Of a stretch of 64,000 nt of DNA, positions 58,259 to 64,000 are shown piece by piece. Within the stretch, counting starts at the first letter, position 1. Each line of letters begins with the position of its first letter. The stretch lies in the NCBI GenBank assembly GCA_965242965.1, contig OZ251518.1, positions 4,288,001 through 4,352,000 on the forward strand. The letters are read 5' to 3'. The notes below the pieces were generated by a model that saw only the letters and a program-made list of their open reading frames with translations, was not told the origin of the DNA and did not search any database. Source of the DNA: Candidatus Poribacteria bacterium. Its GTDB lineage: Bacteria; Poribacteria; WGA-4E; WGA-3G. Made by a program: the position numbers and the translations under genes.

Positions 58259-59101
58259 ATGAGCAACGCAACCCGCGATGCCGCTTATGCTTTAGGCAGA
58301 ACGTCACACGAAACGACACGGCTCATTGAGCAGTCGAAAATCTACGGTGGTTCAACGCGACGGCTGCTAGAAGCGGCGGGCATCGCAAACGGCATGAAAA
58401 TACTAGAAATCGGCAGCGGTGCAGGCGATGTGGCACTCACCCTCGCCGACTTAGTCGGAGAAGAGGGACACGTCGTCGGCGTAGATGTCAACGCCACTAT
58501 TCTGGAAACGGCGCGTGCGCGCGCTGAGGCGGCGGGTTTCGCGAACGTTGAATTCATCGCCGGCGATGCACGCACGCTGGAACTTCCCAACGATTTTGAC
58601 GCGCTCGTCGGCAGATTCGTGCTGATGTATATGGCGAACCCGAGCGACGCGCTCAAACACCTCGTCACGCACCTCCGTCCCGACAGCATCGTCGCGTTTC
58701 AGGAACCTGAATACACCATTTACCCGGCGTTATTGCATCCGGATACGCCGCTGATGAATCAACTTATCTCGTGGATTGTAGAGGTGTTTCAAGCTTCTGG
58801 CGCGCATCTGGACAAAGGCATCGGGCTTTATCGCGTCTTCGTTGAAGCGGGATTGCCTGAACCTGTCATGCACTTTGAGGCACCTGTCGGCGCGGCAGAG
58901 ACGTGGGCCGGTTACCGCTACATGGCGACGATTTTTGAGAGTCTCCTCCCGATGCTGGAGAAATACGACATCGCAACCGCTGAAGAGGTTGACGTGGAAA
59001 CGTTGGCATCGCGGATTCGGGAGGAGGTGCTGATTGCGAAGAGGCCGTTTTTCTTGCCGCTGCATCTCTCGGCGTATACGCGAAGGGGTTCTCTAGCTTA
59101 G
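58259..59101 (+). CDS. Class I SAM-dependent methyltransferase (paralogue 2)
   Basis: Same motifs, collinear with the 57405 protein. Confidence 0.9.
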   Translation: MSNATRDAAYALGRTSHETTRLIEQSKIYGGSTRRLLEAAGIANGMKILEIGSGAGDVALTLADLVGEEGHVVGVDVNATILETARARAEAAGFANVEFIAGDARTLELPNDFDALVGRFVLMYMANPSDALKHLVTHLRPDSIVAFQEPEYTIYPALLHPDTPLMNQLISWIVEVFQASGAHLDKGIGLYRVFVEAGLPEPVMHFEAPVGAAETWAGYRYMATIFESLLPMLEKYDIATAEEVDVETLASRIREEVLIAKRPFFLPLHLSAYTRRGSLA

Positions 59102-59102
59102 G

Positions 59103-59693
59103 GAGGGTGTTTCATAAATCCGTTGGCGCGCCATCCCGGTCTCGCTGCGAGCGATGTCCCCGTAGGAGAGACCTCCTGGTCTCGATTGTTCCCGTAGCGC
59201 GGGGGCCTGTCCCCCGCGTTGGCCAGCGTCACGATGCCATCTTAGGTCCTTTAGGACCTACATGTCTATAGAAAAACGTGCAGGTCCCACGGCAAGGTCC
59301 GTTAGGACCTTAATAAAACCCGCGCGGCCCTGGCAAAAACTATTAAGGACCTAAAGGACCTTAGGCTTCTTCGCGTTCGCGCGTGCTATAGACATTAAGG
59401 TCCTACGGACCTAAGAGACGTTTTTCCGTAGCGCGGGTGCTGGCGAGGGACAGGCCCTCGCCCTACGGTGAAAGGGAGGCTTTCCTCCTACCGTAGCGCG
59501 GGGGCCTGTCCCCCGCGATCGTTGGATTGCGCGAGTTCCATCGTCACGATGTGTGTTTCCCCTGTCTGTAGTTTGTGATCGCCTGATCACAAACGGGTCA
59601 GGATCGGGCGATCCTGACCTACAGTCGGGGAGCGCACGCTCAATAGCGCGGGGGCCCGTCACCGCGACGGTGGGCGATTTATGAAACACCCTC
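59103..59693. mobile_element. MITE-like REP mosaic with perfect 18-bp terminal inverted repeats
   Basis: GAGGGTGTTTCATAAATC (59103-59120) and GATTTATGAAACACCCTC (59676-59693). Confidence 0.78.
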
Positions 59694-59840
59694 AGTTTAG
59701 GCACAGATCGCGGGGGACAGGCCCCCGCGCTACGTGATAACGGGCAGATTGCGAGGGACAGGCCCCCGCGCTACGGGTCAACATGCCAATCGCGGGGGAT
59801 AGGCACTCGCGCTATGTGATAACGCGCAATAGAAAAAAAT

Positions 59841-59952
59841 TTGACACATCCCCCAAAATGTGTTAAAATATCTTCTAATTATCACTTTCCGGTCTGTTTT
59901 ACCTAAAAAAAGCGATTTTAGGTTGACATATCCGTTTGAAATGTGATATAAT
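59841..59952 (+). promoter_or_regulatory. Tandem sigma70 promoters upstream of the rpsF operon
   Basis: TTGACA(59841)-N17-TAAAAT and TTGACA(59923)-N18-TATAAT(59947) with TG extension. Confidence 0.75.
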
Positions 59953-59975
59953 TGTGTTACTAAAGTTAAAATCAT

Positions 59976-60134
59976 CTGGGCGGGGCATCAGTCCAGTGTG
60001 AGAGTGGGTGTTAGACGCGGGTAACCGTGCAACTCACGCGTGCAGTCGGTTGCACACATCGCAGAATTCCACACGAAGCAACGGGATACCGACAAAATGA
60101 ATCCCCACGCTTCAGCGTGTAGGGAGTATGTCAA
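59976..60134 (+). ncRNA. Orphan IS200/IS605 right end / TnpB omegaRNA-like scaffold
   Basis: GAATCCCCACGCTTCAGCGTGTAGGGAGTATGTCAA (60099-60134) mirrors the IS608 right end (GAAT guide, hairpin, TCAA). Upstream GGGGCATC...GTGTTAGAC nested hairpins resemble tnpB 3' regions. No tnpA or tnpB in the window. Confidence 0.65.
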
Positions 60135-60175
60135 GTTAATGTTTTCCGCGCGAAACGCGGCGGACATCATAATCA

Positions 60176-60242
60176 ATCTCTGCTCCCGGTGATAGCCGGT
60201 ATGCTGTGCTTTACCGCGGGGCCATTAGTCCGAAGAGAGGCA
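60176..60242 (+). promoter_or_regulatory. S6:S18 ribosomal protein leader
   Basis: CTCTGCTCCC...GGGGCC-ATTAGT-CCG-AAGAGAGG: hairpin, CCG and SD-sequestering stem directly before rpsF. Confidence 0.6.
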
Positions 60243-60248
60243 ATCAAT

Positions 60249-60563
60249 TTGAAATCATACGAACTCCTGCTTATCATCACGCCCGACCGCGATGAAAGCG
60301 AAGCGGAGGCTCTGTCAGCGAATGTGCAGGGCATCATAGAGAACGGCGGGACGCTCCTCAAGGTAGATGCTTGGGGCAAAAAGCGGCTCGCTTATCCGAT
60401 TCAGAAACGCACCGAAGGCTACTACGTGCTTTACATTTTTGAGAGCGCGCCCAGCTTTATTGCGGAACTTAATCAATCGCTGCGAGTCATCGAAGCGATT
60501 ATGCGGCACATGATCGTCCTTTATGAGGGCGACGCTGAGGAACTGAAGAGTGCCGCCGAATAG
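60249..60563 (+). CDS. rpsF: 30S ribosomal protein S6
   Basis: YELLLII.P, WGKKRLAYPI.K..EGYY; TTG start. Confidence 0.96.
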   Translation: MKSYELLLIITPDRDESEAEALSANVQGIIENGGTLLKVDAWGKKRLAYPIQKRTEGYYVLYIFESAPSFIAELNQSLRVIEAIMRHMIVLYEGDAEELKSAAE

Positions 60564-60685
60564 GCGAGATCGGGTGGTGATGAAGGCTGAAAATATAACA
60601 GCACGACTCAAACGAGCATCATCACTAAACAACGCGGACGAGATAGGTTCTGTTAGGTTCTGTCTCGTCACGCAGAGGAGAAATC

Positions 60686-61138
60686 ATGGCTAGCTACAAC
60701 CGGGTCATTCTGATGGGTAATCTCACCCGCGACCCAGAACTGAAATATCTCCCGAGTGGCACGTCTGTCGCGAATTTTGGCATCGCAATGAATGATGTCT
60801 ACACGGACCGGCAGACAGGCGAAAAGAAGGAGAATCCCTGTTTCGTTGATGTCGCCGCTTGGGGCAGACAAGCCGAAGTGGTGAACGAGTACCTCAGTAA
60901 AGGGAGCCCCATTTTTCTTGAGGGGAGCCTCAAATTTGACTCTTGGGAGGCTGATGATGGAACAAAGCGGAGCAAACTCTCCGTTACCGCGTTCCGCATT
61001 CAGTTAATCGGTGGGCGGCGCGATGGAGACGAAGGCGGCGGTTACACCGAAGCCGCGCCCGCGGCCGCACCGACAGCGCAGGCTCCCGCGCCACCACAGG
61101 GTGCTCCGTCATCGACAGAGGACGACATCCCGTTCTAA
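60686..61138 (+). CDS. ssb: Single-stranded DNA-binding protein
   Basis: [15 protein letters not shown]-terminal DDIPF. Confidence 0.97.
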   Translation: MASYNRVILMGNLTRDPELKYLPSGTSVANFGIAMNDVYTDRQTGEKKENPCFVDVAAWGRQAEVVNEYLSKGSPIFLEGSLKFDSWEADDGTKRSKLSVTAFRIQLIGGRRDGDEGGGYTEAAPAAAPTAQAPAPPQGAPSSTEDDIPF

Positions 61139-61229
61139 TCGTTCGGGCGGCATAGCACCGCCCGCGGATACCGCGTTGGACGCGCACACGCTGCGCGTCC
61201 AACGCGCCTATTATAGGAGAACACTAGTT

Positions 61230-61430
61230 ATGGCATTCCGCAGGAGACAGCGTTATAGCAAACTTGAATCCGTGGATTACAAGGATGTGGATACGCTGCG
61301 CAGATTTATTAACGAACGCGGAAAAATCGTGAGCCGCCGCGTCACGGGGCTCTCCGCGAAACAACAGCGCATGGTGAAGCGCGCCATCAAACGCGCTCGG
61401 AACATGGCACTTTTACCGTTCACACGATAG
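61230..61430 (+). CDS. rpsR: 30S ribosomal protein S18 (Cys-free form)
   Basis: DYKDV..LRRFI.ERGKI..RR.TG...KQQR...AIKRAR..ALLPF. Confidence 0.96.
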   Translation: MAFRRRQRYSKLESVDYKDVDTLRRFINERGKIVSRRVTGLSAKQQRMVKRAIKRARNMALLPFTR

Positions 61431-61459
61431 ACGAAGCGGCGGTGCCGATAGGCGCGCTT

Positions 61460-61730
61460 TTGGGTAGGCGGGCCATCCTTGTCCCGATGTCATCGGGTCA
61501 GGATCAGGCGATCCTGACCTACAGGGCCTAGTAGGCGGGACATCCTTGTCCCGATACCGATACTTGTAGGCGGGACATCCCTGTCCCGATACCACATTTG
61601 GGTAGGCGGGACATCCTTGTCCCGATAACGCCCGAATCGAGACCAGGAGGTCTCTCCTACGGGGGGATGCATCGAGACCGGGAGGTCTCTCTTACTGAAC
61701 GCATCGAGACCGGGAGGTCTCTCCTACTGG
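61460..61730. repeat. REP-like array inside the ribosomal operon (between rpsR and rplI)
   Basis: GTAGGCGGGACATCCTTGTCCCG-type x4, GAGACCGGGAGGTCTCTCCTAC-type x3. Confidence 0.85.
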
Positions 61731-61766
61731 CGGTGCCTCGCCGCTGAAATAGGAATTGATTTAATC

Positions 61767-62219
61767 ATGGAAATAATTCTCAAAAGAAACGTTGAAGGAC
61801 TCGGCGTGCCGGGCGATGTCCTGAAGGTTGCAGACGGCTATGCACGCAACTACCTCTTGCCGATGCAGCTGGCGGTGCATGCAACCGAACGGAATCGGAA
61901 GCAGCTGGTGCACGAGAAACGGCTCATCGATCATCAAGTCTCGAAGGACCGGGAAATCGCCCGCGAAATCGCCGGGCAAATCGCCGGCGTTACGTGTAAC
62001 CTCCGCAGACGCGCCGGTGAAAATGACCGGCTTTTCGGCTCTGTCACCACCACCGATATCGCCGAAGCATTGCGCGCCGAAGGCTTTGAATTGGAACGCC
62101 GCGTCTTTGACATGGGCGAACCGATTCGCGAACTCGGCGTATTCATGGTGCCGGTGAAACTACACGCAGATGTCGTCGTTGAACTGCGCGTTGTGGTTGA
62201 ACGCGAAAGCGAAGAATAA
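61767..62219 (+). CDS. rplI: 50S ribosomal protein L9
   Basis: MEIIL...V.GLG..GD...VADGYARNYLLP, LFGSVT. Confidence 0.96.
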   Translation: MEIILKRNVEGLGVPGDVLKVADGYARNYLLPMQLAVHATERNRKQLVHEKRLIDHQVSKDREIAREIAGQIAGVTCNLRRRAGENDRLFGSVTTTDIAEALRAEGFELERRVFDMGEPIRELGVFMVPVKLHADVVVELRVVVERESEE

Positions 62220-62260
62220 CGCTGCGTCTTTGATGTTGTGATGAAACGCTCGGGTGAAAT

Positions 62261-63595
62261 ATGCAGGCTGAACCGGTTGAAACTCTTGCCGACACGGAAG
62301 CAGAACGCGCGGTGCTCGGCGCGATGATGACAGAGAAAGCCGTTATCCCGCGCGTCATCGCACTGCTCGGGCATACGTCCGATGCCTTTTTCACGACAGA
62401 CCATCAGCTCATCTACACTGCAATCCTTGAGGTTTATGAGCGCGTTAGCAACGCAGATCCGCTCCTCGTTGCGAATGAACTGAACCGCACTAACCAGTTA
62501 AACCGCACCGGTGGCGCGGACTATCTCTACGAACTGCAAGCACCTATCGTAGAGACAGAAAGCACGGAGTTCTACGCCGAGATTCTGCACGAGAAGGCGA
62601 CGCGCCGCCGCCTCACGCAGGCCAGTTCACAGATTCGGGAACTCGCGATGGACGAAGATGTGGAGTTGTCCGATGTCATGAACCAAGCGCAGGAGGCCGT
62701 TTTCGAGTTAGGGCAAACGGACGCGCAACGCGGGTTTACACGCATCCGGCCCCTGCTCACACAAAGCATCGACGAAATTGAGAAGCTGTTCCACAAAAAG
62801 ACACGGCTCCTCGGCGTTCCCACCGGTTTCATGGATTTCGATCTGATGACATCCGGGTTGCAGCCCGGCAATTTCATCATCATCGCCGCGCGGCCGAGTA
62901 TGGGAAAGACAACGTTGGTGCTGAATATCGCGCAGAACATTGCCCTGGAACAGGAGAGTCCTGTCGCCATTTTTAGTCTTGAAATGCCTGCGCAAGACAT
63001 TGTGATGCGGATGCTCTCCGCCGAAGCGCAGATAGATTTCGGACGACTCCGAACCGGCAACTTCAGCGAAGATTATTGGCGGCCCCTCACCGAAGGCGCA
63101 AGCCGACTCGCCGAAGCACCTATCTTGATTAACGACAACCGCGGGCTCACGGTGCAGGCATTGCGCGCCGAAAGCCGGCGGTTGAAAGGCGAACATGAAA
63201 ACCTCTCCCTCATCATTGTTGACTACCTGCAGCTGCTTAGAGGAACGGGCCGCTATAATTCCCGTGAGCAGGAGATCTCGGAAATCTCGCGTTCCTTGAA
63301 GGTGCTTGCATGGGAATTAAATGTCCCCATCATCGCCTGTTCGCAACTGAGCCGCGAAGTGGAACGGCGGCCCGATAAACAGCCGCAACTCTCCGATTTG
63401 CGAGAGTCCGGGGCAATTGAGCAGGACGCAGACCTGGTCGCGTTCTTATATCGAGAGGACTATTATCAAGAAGATGAACAGGTGGACGACCGGGTTGAAG
63501 CGCATCTCCTCATTAAGAAACAGCGCAACGGTCCTACAGGTCCCGTCCCCTTATACTTCACCAAAAAGCAGATGCGGTTTGAGAATATCAATTAG
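62261..63595 (+). CDS. dnaB: Replicative DNA helicase
   Basis: EAERAVLG, GVPTGF, AARPSMGKT, FSLEM, DYLQL, SQLSR, SDLRESGAIEQDAD, KQRNGP. Confidence 0.97.
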   Translation: MQAEPVETLADTEAERAVLGAMMTEKAVIPRVIALLGHTSDAFFTTDHQLIYTAILEVYERVSNADPLLVANELNRTNQLNRTGGADYLYELQAPIVETESTEFYAEILHEKATRRRLTQASSQIRELAMDEDVELSDVMNQAQEAVFELGQTDAQRGFTRIRPLLTQSIDEIEKLFHKKTRLLGVPTGFMDFDLMTSGLQPGNFIIIAARPSMGKTTLVLNIAQNIALEQESPVAIFSLEMPAQDIVMRMLSAEAQIDFGRLRTGNFSEDYWRPLTEGASRLAEAPILINDNRGLTVQALRAESRRLKGEHENLSLIIVDYLQLLRGTGRYNSREQEISEISRSLKVLAWELNVPIIACSQLSREVERRPDKQPQLSDLRESGAIEQDADLVAFLYREDYYQEDEQVDDRVEAHLLIKKQRNGPTGPVPLYFTKKQMRFENIN

Positions 63596-63612
63596 TAGCC
63601 TCTGCAGGACTT

Positions 63613-64000
63613 ATGGACCATCATTCCTCCACAGACGAACGCTCAGGCGGATTCGGAATTCTGCTCAAAAACCGATTGCACGACACGCTTTCCGAGATAG
63701 GACAGGCGTGGACGCTGTTTTTTCAGACGCTCGTTCAGATTTTCCGGCCGCCACTTCAGTTAGAGCTGCTGATGAAGCAGCTGCTGCTCATCGGCTTCAA
63801 TTCGTTGTCTGTCGTGCTAGTATCGGGATTTTTCACCGGGATGGTATTGGGTATCCAAGGCTACATTCAGTTGAAACCTTTCGCCGTGGAGGGCTCAGTC
63901 GCGCGGTTCGTTTGTGTATCCGTGGTGAAAGAACTCGGTCCGATGATTACGGCGTTTGTGCTTGCCGGGCGCATCGGTGCGTCAATTACGGCGGAACTTT
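63613..64000 (+). CDS. mlaE: MlaE family ABC permease (truncated by window end)
   Basis: IGFNSL.VV...FFTGMVL..Q, VVKELGPMITAFVLAGRIGASITAEL. Confidence 0.9.
   Translation, partial: MDHHSSTDERSGGFGILLKNRLHDTLSEIGQAWTLFFQTLVQIFRPPLQLELLMKQLLLIGFNSLSVVLVSGFFTGMVLGIQGYIQLKPFAVEGSVARFVCVSVVKELGPMITAFVLAGRIGASITAEL

Noticed and set aside
60564-60685. Hairpins and a short ORF between rpsF and ssb
   Set aside because: No recognisable family or clear RBS; insufficient evidence for an ncRNA or CDS.

Overview
Bacterial chromosomal window, most consistent with Candidatus Poribacteria or a relative. This is an inference from the LamG and secreted proteins ending in KLxxxWGxxK, Uma2, a sulfatase, a Planctomycete-type DUF1549/DUF1501/PPC cluster and dense palindromic intergenic repeats. 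The main feature is a ~25 kb co-oriented respiratory supercluster (14.7-40.2 kb). It encodes a Rieske/split cytochrome b6-type complex, an octaheme cytochrome c, a 'bd-like' oxidase subunit I without CydB with Nitrospira-like partner cytochromes, two cupredoxin-motif proteins, an ABC-2 transporter, a complete A1-type aa3 oxidase with maturation genes, and a USP/PCP_red/rubredoxin fusion. The window also has four DNA methyltransferase genes or remnants, a TIR-domain protein and housekeeping genes (yraN, plsC, ychF, leuB, rpsF-ssb-rpsR-rplI-dnaB-mlaE). Intergenic DNA carries many distinct GTAG-capped REP-like hairpin families, some packaged between 18-bp terminal inverted repeats. An orphan IS608-type right end / TnpB omegaRNA-like sequence lies between a consensus promoter and the rpsF leader. 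No CRISPR array, rRNA, tRNA or transposase gene was recognised. All assignments come from reading motifs by eye; no database searches were run.
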